A stretch of DNA of 64,000 nucleotides from Candidatus Deferrimicrobiaceae bacterium. Lineage in GTDB: Bacteria; Desulfobacterota; Deferrimicrobia; Deferrimicrobiales; Deferrimicrobiaceae. Both the position numbers and the translations under genes were made by a program. Positions 43,150-53,139 of this stretch are shown here, piece after piece (positions within the stretch are counted from its first letter, which is position 1; each line of letters opens with the position of its first letter). Under the pieces are notes generated by a model that searched no databases, was not told the DNA's origin, and saw only the letters and a list, made by a program, of their open reading frames with translations. The stretch spans positions 288,001-352,000 of the forward strand of contig CAWBVY010000004.1 in the NCBI GenBank assembly GCA_963792415.1, given 5' to 3'.

Positions 43150-43755
43150 CTACGGCCGGGGGAGCGGGAAGAGCCGCGGCACGCGTTTTTGGTACTCCCG
43201 GTACTCCTCGCCGAACTTCCGCTCCATCCTGCGCTCCTCGAAGAAGGTCCCGATGTAGAAGTAGGCGACGACGGCCGCCGCCGTGGCGGCGCTGTTTCCC
43301 GTCTGGACCGGGTGGAAGGCGAGAAGCAGCGAGCAACCGAGGTAGAGCGGGTGGCGGACCAGCCCGTACGCCTTCCCGGTGAAGAGGCCCTCGTTGCGGC
43401 CCGCGGCGTCCCCTTCCCCCTTCCGGTGCCGCTCCCATTGGCGGAGTCCGACGAACTCCTTCAGGTCCCACGGCGTCCACAGGAGCAGGCCTGCGCCGAG
43501 GATCTGCACCCCGTGGAAGAGGAAGCGGATCCAACCGTCGAGGCGGTAGAGCGGGGCGTCCGGGAGGGAGCGTACGTAAAGGAGGGCCGCGGCCGTGGCG
43601 GCGGCGGAGTAGAGCGTGAAGAGGAGCCGGTGGTACGCCCGATAGCGGTCCTCGCCCATCACGCGCCGGGCCCACCGCTCGTACGGTTCCGACACGGTCA
43701 CGCTGTGGAAGAGCGCGAACGCCCCCCACGCGACGATCACCTTCAGCGGGTTCAC
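43150..43755 (-). CDS. Isoprenylcysteine carboxyl methyltransferase/NnrU-like membrane protein
   Basis: YGLVRHPLY, EERRM..FGEEYREYQKRVP. Confidence 0.82.
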   Translation of the reverse strand: MNPLKVIVAWGAFALFHSVTVSEPYERWARRVMGEDRYRAYHRLLFTLYSAAATAAALLYVRSLPDAPLYRLDGWIRFLFHGVQILGAGLLLWTPWDLKEFVGLRQWERHRKGEGDAAGRNEGLFTGKAYGLVRHPLYLGCSLLLAFHPVQTGNSAATAAAVVAYFYIGTFFEERRMERKFGEEYREYQKRVPRLFPLPRP

Positions 43756-43786
43756 GGCCCCATGGTACACCGGTATACTGATCCCC

Positions 43787-44932
43787 GTGAATTGCCCGTG
43801 CTGCAAGATTCCTTCGATGACCGCGATGAAGGCCGGGGAGGTCGAGGTCGACCGTTGCCGCACGTGCGGGGCCGCCTGGTTCGACCCCGGCGAGATCCGC
43901 GAACTGACGCAGGGGCGGCTGTCGGCCGAAGAGGATTACGCGCCCGTTGGGGATGCCACCCCCCCACCGAGGGAGGAGAAGGGCGCCGCCCTGCGGCTCG
44001 CCTGGGGCGAGGCCCGGGGTCTTTCCTGCCCCCGGTGCGCCGAGCCGCTTCACCCCGAAGACTTCCAGCTCACGGGGGTCCCGGTCTTCCGGTGCGCGGG
44101 GTGCGGCGGGATGCTCGTCTCCCGGCGCTCGGCGAACGCCCTGTCCGCACGCTTCAAGTTCCAGCGCGACCACGCGCAACTCTATGAATCCCTCGGCGCC
44201 TCGATGGCGGAGGAGGTCCGGGGTCGAATGAACCGCCGGTTCGGCCCGGACGTTGCCGAGGTGCGTCCCGGGCAGATCCCGCTGCCGGTTCTCGTCCCCC
44301 TCGCGGACGGGTCGTCTCCCGGGTCGCGTCCGCCCCTGGTGATGTACGGGATCCTCTTCCTCACCGTGGCCCTCTATCTCCTATCCACGATCGGCGCGGG
44401 AGGCGTGGCAGGTCTGCAGGGGCGCCTGGCCCTCCCCTCCGGGACGGGATTTTCCGGGGTGCCGAAGCTCGCGCTGCTGTTGACCCCTTTCCTCAACGGA
44501 GGAATTATCCCGCTCGTCGTCGCGTGCCTCTTCCTCCTCGTGCTGGGGGACAACGTGGAAGACCGGCTCGGGCGGGTTCCGTTCCTCCTCTTCTACCTCT
44601 TCTGCGGCGCGGTCGCGGGTACGGCGCACGTCGTGTTCGGAAAGGCGGGGATGCCCGCCGCGCTCGGCTCCGCCGGCGCCGTGGCGGGGGTGCTGGGCGC
44701 CTACCTCGTCTTCTTCCCGGACGTTCCGATCGAGATGTACGGGATGGGAAAGACCACGACCGTCCCCGCCTACCTCTTCGCGTGCGCCTGGGCGGTCGCC
44801 GTCTTCCTGTGGGGGTGGGGCCCGGGCCCCCTGTCGAACCTGCTCAATCCCGCTCCGTACTCCCTCCCGGGGCACCTCGCGGGGTTTGCCGCCGGAGCGC
44901 TCGGCGCGGTCCTCTGCCGTTCCATCGAGTAA
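43787..44932 (+). CDS. Two zf-TFIIB-like zinc ribbons fused to a rhomboid-like domain (probably inactive)
   Basis: CPCC/CRTC and CPRC/CAGC pairs; GDNVEDRLG, FLLFYL, GHLAGF. Confidence 0.82.
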   Translation: MNCPCCKIPSMTAMKAGEVEVDRCRTCGAAWFDPGEIRELTQGRLSAEEDYAPVGDATPPPREEKGAALRLAWGEARGLSCPRCAEPLHPEDFQLTGVPVFRCAGCGGMLVSRRSANALSARFKFQRDHAQLYESLGASMAEEVRGRMNRRFGPDVAEVRPGQIPLPVLVPLADGSSPGSRPPLVMYGILFLTVALYLLSTIGAGGVAGLQGRLALPSGTGFSGVPKLALLLTPFLNGGIIPLVVACLFLLVLGDNVEDRLGRVPFLLFYLFCGAVAGTAHVVFGKAGMPAALGSAGAVAGVLGAYLVFFPDVPIEMYGMGKTTTVPAYLFACAWAVAVFLWGWGPGPLSNLLNPAPYSLPGHLAGFAAGALGAVLCRSIE

Positions 44933-44938
44933 CCGCGG

Positions 44939-46858
44939 CTACTTCTTCCGCAACACCCGCTTGTCCCCCACCCGCAAGGTGACTTTCGTCGCGTCGAAGT
45001 GCTCGAGGAGCGGGATGATGTACTTCCGGGAGAGGCCGGTCATCTCCTTGAACTCCGGAACGGTGATCTCGCCGCGCTTCGTGAGGAACGCGACGAGCTT
45101 CTCCTGGATCCCCCGCAGCGCCGCTCCGTCGAAGAGGAGCTCCTTCACCCGGACGATCTCCCCGCTCCGGGCGAGGCCGTCGATCACCTTCTCCACCGCC
45201 TTCGGGTCCGCCGAAATCCCTTTGACCGCCTCCAGGAGCTCGGCGCGCCCCGGCGGGGCGTCCCCCGCCGCGCGGAGGAACTCCGCGATCCTGCGGGCCA
45301 GCGGGCTTCCCAGCTCCACCGCCTTCGGCTTGCGGGCCGGGAGGAGGTAAAGCTCCCCCTCGCGGGCGATGGAGGCGTTTCCCTCCAGGGCGAGGGAGAG
45401 GAAGGCCGGGTCGGGGGGGACGGGGAAGAGGGAGGCGATCTCCTCCCGCGGGAACCCGTTCCGTTCGGGAGCGCGGTCGTGCAACTGCTTCAGGGCCTGG
45501 CCGCAGGTGGACGACGCCGCGGAAATGGCGGAACGGGACCATAATTTTCCGGATACGGGGACATGGGCCATCAACCCTTTGGCGGCGAGCTCCTTCAGGA
45601 TCCCTCGGGTCCGCTCCGCCCCGATCCCGGCGACGGCCGCCGCGTCCGCGGCGGTGGCGCCCGCCGCGCCGGCGTCCTCCACCGCGGCCAGGACGCGCTC
45701 CGCGGGGTCTTCCGACCGCAGCCGGGGGAGCGCCTCCGGGACCGCCTTCCCGGCCCCCCGCCGAGCGGGCGGTTTCGGGTGCAGCACGGCCCCGCCGCCG
45801 ATCGTGTACCCGAAGTTCGCCAGCGGGGAGAACCCCCGCAGGATGAACCGGTCGCCGCCCGCGAGGACCGTCTCCTCGGAGAGGAGGACCCGGCCGTACC
45901 CGGAGCCCCCGGGAGGGATCTCGGCCTGCCCGTAGAGGAGGATCCTCCCGACGCAGGAGAAGGTCCCCGCGTGGAAGGAGATCTGGCCGCGGTTGCGCAG
46001 CGGCTTCGGGACCAGCGGTAGGTACTCGACGAAGACTTCCGCGGACTTCGTGGGGGAGAACGTCCCGGGGTGGCACAGGACCGACCCGCGCGGGGCGCTC
46101 TCCTTCTCCAGCCCCTGCAGGTTGACCGCCGTGCGGGTCCCCGCGGAGGCCCGTTCCACGGGGCCGCCGTGGACCTGGAGCCCGCGCACCTTCGCGACGG
46201 TCCCCCCGGGGAGGATCGCCACCTCCTCGCCCGTCGCGACCGTCCCGCCGATCAGCGTCCCGGTGACGACGGTGCCGAACCCCTTCATCGAGAAGGAGCG
46301 GTCGACGGGGAGCCGGAACAGGTTCGACGCGTCTTTTCCCGGGATCCCGGCGGCGATCCGGTCGATGGCGGATACCAGTTCGGGGAGCCCCTCGCCGGTG
46401 GCGGCGGAAACCCGGACGATCGGGGCCCCCTCGAGGAACGTTCCGCGGACCAGCGCGCCGATCTCCTCCTCCTGGAGGTCCATCCACTCGCTCTCCGCCC
46501 TGTCGCACTTGTTGAGGACCACGATCCCGTGGCGCACCGCGAGAAGCCGGCAGATGTCGAGATGCTCGCGCGTCTGCGGCATCACCCCCTCGTCCGCGGC
46601 GACGACGAGCAGGACGATGTCGACCCCCGCGGCGCCGGCCACCATCGTCCGGACGAACCGCTCGTGTCCCGGCACGTCGACGATGCCGGCGAGCGTCCCC
46701 GACGGGAGGGAGAGGCGGGCGAACCCGAGCTCGATCGTGATCCCCCGCTCCTTCTCCTCCTTCAGCCGGTCGGGGTCGGTGCCGGTCAGCGCGCGCACGA
46801 GGGAGCTCTTCCCGTGGTCGATGTGCCCGGCCGTCCCGAGGATCACGGTTTTCGACAT
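44939..46858 (-). CDS. selB: Selenocysteine-specific elongation factor
   Basis: [20 protein letters not shown]-terminal winged helix [14 protein letters not shown]. Confidence 0.96.
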   Translation of the reverse strand: MSKTVILGTAGHIDHGKSSLVRALTGTDPDRLKEEKERGITIELGFARLSLPSGTLAGIVDVPGHERFVRTMVAGAAGVDIVLLVVAADEGVMPQTREHLDICRLLAVRHGIVVLNKCDRAESEWMDLQEEEIGALVRGTFLEGAPIVRVSAATGEGLPELVSAIDRIAAGIPGKDASNLFRLPVDRSFSMKGFGTVVTGTLIGGTVATGEEVAILPGGTVAKVRGLQVHGGPVERASAGTRTAVNLQGLEKESAPRGSVLCHPGTFSPTKSAEVFVEYLPLVPKPLRNRGQISFHAGTFSCVGRILLYGQAEIPPGGSGYGRVLLSEETVLAGGDRFILRGFSPLANFGYTIGGGAVLHPKPPARRGAGKAVPEALPRLRSEDPAERVLAAVEDAGAAGATAADAAAVAGIGAERTRGILKELAAKGLMAHVPVSGKLWSRSAISAASSTCGQALKQLHDRAPERNGFPREEIASLFPVPPDPAFLSLALEGNASIAREGELYLLPARKPKAVELGSPLARRIAEFLRAAGDAPPGRAELLEAVKGISADPKAVEKVIDGLARSGEIVRVKELLFDGAALRGIQEKLVAFLTKRGEITVPEFKEMTGLSRKYIIPLLEHFDATKVTLRVGDKRVLRKK

Positions 46859-46903
46859 GAGAGGTATCTTATCGTAATCGACCGGCTGCGGTATCATGCG
46901 GCC

Positions 46904-47236
46904 ATGGACGAGCACACCCGGAAGGAGTCGCCCCACGGATGTTCCGGGCCGGAGGGGGAACCGCCCCCTTTCCGCGTGCCGGTGGAGGGGAGCATCGACC
47001 TCCACGCTTTCCTGCCGCGGGATGTGGTCTCCGTCGTCGAGGAGTATATCGAGGCGGCGGCGCGGAAAGGGCAGCGGGAGGTGCGGCTGATCCACGGAAA
47101 GGGAACGGGAGCACAGCGGGCCGCGGTGCGCGCGCTCCTCTCGCGGCATCCGCGCGTCGAGAGCTACTCGGATGCCCCGCCCGAAGCCGGCGGGTGGGGG
47201 GCGACGCGGGTGACCCTCAAACGGGAACCGGGGTAG
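46904..47236 (+). CDS. Smr/MutS2 domain protein
   Basis: IDLHAF, IHGKGTG, GGWGAT. Confidence 0.9.
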   Translation: MDEHTRKESPHGCSGPEGEPPPFRVPVEGSIDLHAFLPRDVVSVVEEYIEAAARKGQREVRLIHGKGTGAQRAAVRALLSRHPRVESYSDAPPEAGGWGATRVTLKREPG

Positions 47237-47242
47237 CCGGCG

Positions 47243-47590
47243 CTACTTCCGGAGGGCGATCTCGATCCGGTTGACGCTTTTCACGACGGCCCGGTCCTTC
47301 TTCACCCGGTCGTCGTTTTTCAGCGAGCGGCGAAGGAGCGCCAGCGCGGCTGCGTGCACCGGGGTTTCCGGCGTGTCCGCGATCCGGTAGGCGATCCACA
47401 GCCCGTCCCGTTGCGAATCGACCAATCCCGCGTCGGCGAGCGTCTTCAGGTGATGGGACACGTTCGGCTGGGACCCCTTCAGCACGTGCTGGATCTCACA
47501 CACGCACAGGGGCCTCGCCTCCAGCATCTTCAGGATCCGCAGGCGGGTCTCGTCGGAGAGCGCCTTGAACAGTTTCGATGTTTTCTTCAA
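47243..47590 (-). CDS. ArsR/SmtB transcriptional regulator
   Basis: FKALSDETRLRIL, LCVCEI, SQPNVSHHLK. Confidence 0.92.
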   Translation of the reverse strand: MKKTSKLFKALSDETRLRILKMLEARPLCVCEIQHVLKGSQPNVSHHLKTLADAGLVDSQRDGLWIAYRIADTPETPVHAAALALLRRSLKNDDRVKKDRAVVKSVNRIEIALRK

Positions 47591-47802
47591 TTCGAATATC
47601 CCCCTGCATCAAGCCTACGCCTCCCGTCCGTACGGGGTCAAGGTGGGGAGACGTTTTTTCCACCGGGTTTCCCGCCTGCGGGGAGCCGTTTCGGGAGGCA
47701 GGCCTGTCGGAGGATGTTATGATGTTCCAATGGTGCGGCGGCGCTCGAATGCCGGGGTATTCGCGAGACGCTGCGCCAGCCTTCCCGGGGAAAGGAGAGA
47801 CG

Positions 47803-49245
47803 ATGGCGTTTCGCGACCTTCGCGACTATCTCGCCGCCCTTGAAGCGCGCGGCGAGCTCAAGCGCATCCCGTCCGAGGTCTCCCCGGAGCTCGAGGCGGC
47901 GGAGATCGCGGATCGCGCGGTGAAGGCCGGGGGGCCGGCGATCCTCTTCGAGAACGTCCGGGGGACGTCGGTGCCGCTCGCGATGAACCTCTTCGGAACG
48001 ATGGAGCGGATGTGCTTCGCGCTGGGAGTATCCCGCCTCGACGACATCGCGGAGCGCGTCCAGGAGGTGGCCGAACCGGAGATCCCCACGAATTTCCTCG
48101 AGAAGCTCAAGATGCTCCCGAAGCTCGCGCGGCTCGCCGACTTCGTCCCGAAGACCGTCTCCTCGGCCCCGTGCCAGGAGGTGGTCGAGGTGGACCGTCC
48201 CTCCCTGTCGTTCCTCCCCGTGGTGAAGACGTGGCCCGGCGACGGCGGGCCGTTCATCACGCTTCCCCTGGTCTTCACGAAGGACCCGAAGACGGGACGG
48301 CGGAACGTCGGGATGTACCGGATGCACGTCTACGACGAGAAGACGACGGGAATGCACTGGCACGTGCACAAGGGGGGGGCGCAGCATTACCGGGGCTTCC
48401 GGGGGAAGCGGGAACGGATGCCCGTGGCGGTCGCCCTCGGAGGCGATCCGGCGACGATCTACGCGGCATCCGCGCCGCTGCCCGAGGACATGGACGAGAT
48501 GATGTTCTCCGGTTTTCTGAGGAAGGAGCCGGTCGAGCTTGTCCGCTGCAGGACGATCGACATCGAGGTCCCCGCGCACGCCGAGGTGATCCTCGAGGGG
48601 TACGTCGACCCGGACGAGCTGCGCGTCGAGGGCCCCTTCGGCGACCACACGGGATACTACTCCCTCGCCGACCCGTATCCCGTCTTCCACCTGACGTGCG
48701 TCACCCGGAGGAAGGATCCCGTCTACCCGGCGACGATCGTCGGGAAGCCGCCGATGGAGGACGTCTACCTCGGGAAGGCGACGGAGCGGATCTTCCTCCC
48801 GCTCCTCCGGAAGATCGTTCCCGAGGTGACGGACATGAACCTCCCGATCGAGGGGATCTTCCACAACTACGCCTTCTTCTCCATCGACAAGCGGTACCCC
48901 GGCCACGCGCGGAAGGTGATGTGCGCCGTGTGGGGGCTGGGTCTGCTCATGTTCTCCAAGTTCGTCGTGATCTTCGACTCCGACGTGAACATCCAGGACA
49001 TGAGCGAAGCGCTCTGGCGGATCGGGAACAACGTCGACCCGCGACGGGACACGATGATCGTGGACGGACCCGTCGACGCCCTCGAGCACGCCTCCCCGAT
49101 CCCGCACTACGGGTCGAAGATGGGGATCGACGCGACGCGGAAATGGGCTACGGAAGGGTTCGCGCGCGAGTGGCCCGGGGACATCGCGATGCCCCGGGAG
49201 ATCATCGACCTCGTCACCCGACGGTGGAAGGAGTACGGGTTCTGA
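47803..49245 (+). CDS. ubiD: UbiD-family decarboxylase, menaquinone-biosynthesis type
   Basis: RNVGMYR, EGPFGDHTGYY, KMGIDAT; clustered with ubiA and ubiX. Confidence 0.92.
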   Translation: MAFRDLRDYLAALEARGELKRIPSEVSPELEAAEIADRAVKAGGPAILFENVRGTSVPLAMNLFGTMERMCFALGVSRLDDIAERVQEVAEPEIPTNFLEKLKMLPKLARLADFVPKTVSSAPCQEVVEVDRPSLSFLPVVKTWPGDGGPFITLPLVFTKDPKTGRRNVGMYRMHVYDEKTTGMHWHVHKGGAQHYRGFRGKRERMPVAVALGGDPATIYAASAPLPEDMDEMMFSGFLRKEPVELVRCRTIDIEVPAHAEVILEGYVDPDELRVEGPFGDHTGYYSLADPYPVFHLTCVTRRKDPVYPATIVGKPPMEDVYLGKATERIFLPLLRKIVPEVTDMNLPIEGIFHNYAFFSIDKRYPGHARKVMCAVWGLGLLMFSKFVVIFDSDVNIQDMSEALWRIGNNVDPRRDTMIVDGPVDALEHASPIPHYGSKMGIDATRKWATEGFAREWPGDIAMPREIIDLVTRRWKEYGF

Positions 49246-50129
49246 GCGTCTTCCGGCGCATCGGCGTCTACCTCGAGATGGTCAAGGTGGCGCACACCGT
49301 CTTCGCGCTCCCCTTCGCCCTGACGGGGATGTTCCTCGCGGCCCGGGAGCTCGGCGCGCGGAACGCGCTCCCCCCGGCCCGGACCGTCTTCTACATCGTC
49401 CTCGCGATGGTGGGGGCACGCAGCGCCTCCATGGGATTCAACCGGCTGGTGGACGCCGAGATCGACGCGAAGAACCCCCGGACGATGGGCCGCGCGATCC
49501 CCTCGGGCCAGGTCAGCCGTCCGATGGCGCGCGTCTTCATCCTGATGTCCGTGGCGCTGCTCGCCCTTTCCGCCGCGAAGCTGAATCCGCTCTGCCTCCT
49601 GCTGACTCCCGTCCTGCTCCTGGTGCTCTTCTCCTACTCGTACATGAAGCGGTTCACGTGGGCGTCGCACCTCGTCCTCGGGGCGTGCCTGGGGGCGGCG
49701 CCGCTGGCGGCGTGGATCGCCGTGACGGGCGGGGTGGACGCGCGGGTGCTCTGGATCTGCCTTGCCGTCCTGTTCTGGGTGGGCGGGTTCGACGTCCTCT
49801 ACGCGCTGCAGGACGTCGAGTTCGACCGGCGGGAGGGCCTCCACTCGATCCCGCGGTCCCTCGGAGTGGGCCCCTCGCTGTGGGTCGCACGGGCGTTCCA
49901 CCTGGCGATGGCGGGCTTCCTCCTGGTGGGGTATCATGTGTTCGGGCTCGGCGGGTGGTATCTTGCGGGGCTCGTCCTGTGCGCTGCCGTGCTGGGGTAC
50001 GAGCACGCGATCGTCCGGAAGAACGACCTCTCGCGGCTGAATATGGCGTTCTTCAACCTGAACGGGGTCGTGAGCATCGCGTTCTGCCTGTTCACCTACC
50101 TCGACCTGGTGTTGCGGGGCCGCCCATGA
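49242..50129 (+). CDS. ubiA: UbiA-like polyprenyltransferase (MqnP type); start CTG 49242 or ATG 49278
   Basis: HTVFALPF, NRLVDAEID.KNPRT, FDVLYALQD. Confidence 0.9.
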   Translation: MSVFRRIGVYLEMVKVAHTVFALPFALTGMFLAARELGARNALPPARTVFYIVLAMVGARSASMGFNRLVDAEIDAKNPRTMGRAIPSGQVSRPMARVFILMSVALLALSAAKLNPLCLLLTPVLLLVLFSYSYMKRFTWASHLVLGACLGAAPLAAWIAVTGGVDARVLWICLAVLFWVGGFDVLYALQDVEFDRREGLHSIPRSLGVGPSLWVARAFHLAMAGFLLVGYHVFGLGGWYLAGLVLCAAVLGYEHAIVRKNDLSRLNMAFFNLNGVVSIAFCLFTYLDLVLRGRP

Positions 50130-50734
50130 AGGTTCTCCTCGGCATTTCGGGCGCCAGCGGCGCGGTGTACGGCGTCCGTACCCTCTCCCTGCTCCTTGCG
50201 CGCGGCGCGGACCTCCACGTTCTGGTCACGAAGACGGCGTGGGGGATCCTCGCGGCGGAGGTCTGGGACGGCAACCTCCCCGGCGGCATGGCCGCGCGGC
50301 GGAAGGGACTCGCGCGCCTCTCCTCCTCCTCCCGGCCGTTCCGCCTGTACGCCGAGGACGACTTCGGGATTCCGTTCGCCTCCGGGTCGAACCCGCCCGA
50401 CGCGATGATCGTCGCCCCCTGCTCCATGGGGACCCTCGGGCGGATCGCCCACGGGGTGTCGTCGTCGGTGCTGACCCGGTGCGCCGACGTGGCCCTCAAG
50501 GAACGCAAGCCGCTGGTCCTCGTGGCCCGGGAAACGCCGCTGTCCGTCATCCATCTGGAAAACATGCTGACGCTGGCCCGCGCGGGGGCGCACGTCCTCC
50601 CCGCGTGCCCGGGGTTCTACCATCGCCCGGAGACGGTCTCCGGCCTGGTCGATTTCGTCGTGTCCCGCGCGCTCTCCTGCATCGGCGTCGACGCCGGGGT
50701 CCTCCCGCGATGGGGGGAGGGAAAGGAGGAGTGA
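50126..50734 (+). CDS. ubiX: Flavin prenyltransferase
   Basis: GISGASG, APCSMGT, RETP, PGFYHRP. Confidence 0.94.
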   Translation: MKVLLGISGASGAVYGVRTLSLLLARGADLHVLVTKTAWGILAAEVWDGNLPGGMAARRKGLARLSSSSRPFRLYAEDDFGIPFASGSNPPDAMIVAPCSMGTLGRIAHGVSSSVLTRCADVALKERKPLVLVARETPLSVIHLENMLTLARAGAHVLPACPGFYHRPETVSGLVDFVVSRALSCIGVDAGVLPRWGEGKEE

Positions 50735-50738
50735 GACG

Positions 50739-51095
50739 ATGAAGAAGGTCCTTGTGGTCGACGACGAGGAGAGCATCCGCGAGCTGTACCGGGCGGACCT
50801 CTCCGACGAGGGGTACGAGGTGGTACTGGCCGTGGACGGGCGGCAGGCGCTCGTCCTCCTCGAATCCTTCCTGCCGAACCTCGTGACGCTCGACATCAAG
50901 CTGCCGGACATCGACGGGATCGAGGTGCTCCGCCGGATCCGGGAGAAGAACGCGACGATCCCGGTCATCCTGCTCACCGCCTTCGGCGAATTCCGGCAGG
51001 ACTTCAACACGTGGGCCTCCGACGCCTACATCGTGAAGTCCCACGACACGACGGAGCTGAAGGATACCGTCCGCAGGCTGCTGGGGGAGGGATGA
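50739..51095 (+). CDS. Single-domain response regulator
   Basis: VVDDE, LDIKLP, LTA, VKS. Confidence 0.92.
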   Translation: MKKVLVVDDEESIRELYRADLSDEGYEVVLAVDGRQALVLLESFLPNLVTLDIKLPDIDGIEVLRRIREKNATIPVILLTAFGEFRQDFNTWASDAYIVKSHDTTELKDTVRRLLGEG

Positions 51096-52198
51096 GCGTC
51101 CTGTCGGTTCTCGCCGCCGCCCTGCGCGGGGGGAGAAGGCCCCCCGGCAGCGCGAAGGAGGTTTCGCTGGCCGCCGCGCTGACCTCGGGCCTGTACGAGG
51201 TGTCGCAGGCGATGAGCGCGCCGGCGGGGGACGTCCAGCACAGCCTCGACCTCATCACCTCCGCCGCCGCGTCGATCCTTCGCGTCGAGCGGTGCGTTCT
51301 CCTCCTTCCGGAGCCCGGGGTGGAGCACCTGGTCGTCCGGTCGATGGCGGGGATTCCGCGGGGGCGGCAGTTCGAGAAGTACCGGCAGGAGATCTACAAG
51401 ATGCTCATCCATCCGGTCCTCTCCTCAGGGACCGGGATGATCGTCTCGGAGGGGAGACCGGCGACGGACCGCTCCCTCCTGCGGCTGATGCGCCGCCTGG
51501 AGGTGAAGGGGTTGCTCGTCGCGCAGGTGAAGAGCCCCACGGCCGCGATCGGGATCATGGCCGCCGCGACGCCGCTGGACGGGCGGGATCTGCAGGACGT
51601 GGACCTGAAGCTCCTCTCCGTCCTGGCGAATTTCGCGGCGATCGCCCTCGAGAACGCTGCGCTGATCGGGCACCTCGGCAAGAAAGCGCGCAAGCTGACC
51701 GCGATCTTCGAGATCAGCAAGGCGTTGAACGAGCAGAGCGACCCGGCCGTCCTGTTCCAGCTGATCGTCGACCGGGCGACGGAACTGATGGGTGCCTCTT
51801 CCGGGTCGGTCATCCGGATGGACCCCGACACGAAGACGCTCCTCATCGAGGCGGAGCGGGGCCTGGGCCCCGAGGTGAAGAGCGCGATGCGGCTGCGCGT
51901 CGGGGAGGGGGTCACCGGGTGGGTGGCGCGGGAAGGGGAGCCGCTGCTCGTTCCCGACGTCCGGGAAGACCCCCGCTACGTCCAGGCGAATCCCGCGGTG
52001 ATGTCCGAGATGGCGGTGCCGGTGAAATGGGGATCCGAGGTGATGGGCGTCATCAACCTCGACCATTATCAGGTGGGAGGATTCACCGAGGAGGACCTCG
52101 AGCTGCTCACGGCGTTCGCCAACGCGGCGGCGGTGGCGCTGCGCAATGCCAACGCCCTCTGTGGATGGCCGCTGAAGGCGGACCCAGGGAAAGAATGA
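51092..52198 (+). CDS. Tandem GAF domain protein with no output domain
   Basis: GEGVTGWVA..VPDVREDPRY, SEMAVP, FTEEDLELL. Confidence 0.85.
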   Translation: MSVLSVLAAALRGGRRPPGSAKEVSLAAALTSGLYEVSQAMSAPAGDVQHSLDLITSAAASILRVERCVLLLPEPGVEHLVVRSMAGIPRGRQFEKYRQEIYKMLIHPVLSSGTGMIVSEGRPATDRSLLRLMRRLEVKGLLVAQVKSPTAAIGIMAAATPLDGRDLQDVDLKLLSVLANFAAIALENAALIGHLGKKARKLTAIFEISKALNEQSDPAVLFQLIVDRATELMGASSGSVIRMDPDTKTLLIEAERGLGPEVKSAMRLRVGEGVTGWVAREGEPLLVPDVREDPRYVQANPAVMSEMAVPVKWGSEVMGVINLDHYQVGGFTEEDLELLTAFANAAAVALRNANALCGWPLKADPGKE

Positions 52199-53139
52199 CC
52201 CCGGTGCATGGAACCGTCCTCGTCGCCCGCACATTATGGCCCGTCCTCGGGCGCGTAGGGGACCTGTTGTCCCACCGCGGGTACTCGGTGGAGACGGCCG
52301 GTTCCTGGAGCGCTCTCCTCGCGGAACCGGGAAGGAGGGCGGAGCTCGCGGCGGTCCTGCTGGGGGAGTATGGCGCCGTCTCCGAGGAGGAGGAGATCCT
52401 GCGGCGGTTCCGCGCCGCCGGCGGACCCGGGGTTCCCGTGTTCCTCATCGGCGGACAGAGCGCTGTCCTCAGGACCCGCCGGTTCCGGGAGGCGGGGGCG
52501 GACATGGTCTTCTCCGCGGATCTCCCGGAAGAGGAGATCCTCGACCGTGCGCAGCCGCTCCTCGCGTACGGGGAGATGTACCGGAAAGCCGTTCTCGCGG
52601 GACGGGAACTTTCGGACTGCGCCATGCTGGACGGACTGACCGGATTGCCCGACCGGCGCCGTTTCTCTCTCGATCTCGACCGGTGCGCCGAGACGGCACG
52701 GCGCATCGGGCAGCCCCTCTCCTGCATCGTATCGGATATCGACGACCTCCGGCGCGTCAACGAGGCGCACGGACCGGGGGTGGGGGACAGCGTGATCCGG
52801 CAATTCGGCGGCGTCCTGGCGCGGGCGAAAAGGAGTTACGACACCTTGGCCCGCCTGGGGGGTGACGAGTTCGTCTGGCTCCTTCTGGGCGTCCGCCGCG
52901 ACGACGCGTTGCGGGCCGCGGAGAGGGCCCAGCGCCTCGTTTCCGCGAGCGTCTTCAACGGGACCCACGAACCGGTCCGCGTGACCGCGACCTTCGGCGT
53001 GGCGTCGCTTTCCCCCGGGAGGGAGTGGAACGCGCAGACCCTCGTGGAAAACGCCGACCGGGCCCTCTACTGGGGGAAGGAGAGCGGAAAGAACATGGTG
53101 CGGTTCTACCCCCCGGGGAAGGAGGTTGACGATGCGTAG
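52195..53139 (+). CDS. GGDEF domain protein with degenerate REC-like N-terminus
   Basis: DGLTGL, RSYD I-site, RLGGDEF. Confidence 0.88.
   Translation: MTPVHGTVLVARTLWPVLGRVGDLLSHRGYSVETAGSWSALLAEPGRRAELAAVLLGEYGAVSEEEEILRRFRAAGGPGVPVFLIGGQSAVLRTRRFREAGADMVFSADLPEEEILDRAQPLLAYGEMYRKAVLAGRELSDCAMLDGLTGLPDRRRFSLDLDRCAETARRIGQPLSCIVSDIDDLRRVNEAHGPGVGDSVIRQFGGVLARAKRSYDTLARLGGDEFVWLLLGVRRDDALRAAERAQRLVSASVFNGTHEPVRVTATFGVASLSPGREWNAQTLVENADRALYWGKESGKNMVRFYPPGKEVDDA

Noticed and set aside
44939-46858. Selenoproteins (in-frame TGA) in the window, given selB
   Set aside because: I found no ORF whose homology continues through a TGA at a Cys position. This was checked by eye only, and selA/selC/selD are not in the window.
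47803-50734. UbiD/UbiX as a phthaloyl-CoA decarboxylase partnering the CoA-transferase pair
   Set aside because: They flank a UbiA/MqnP prenyltransferase more than 30 kb away, which fits menaquinone biosynthesis.
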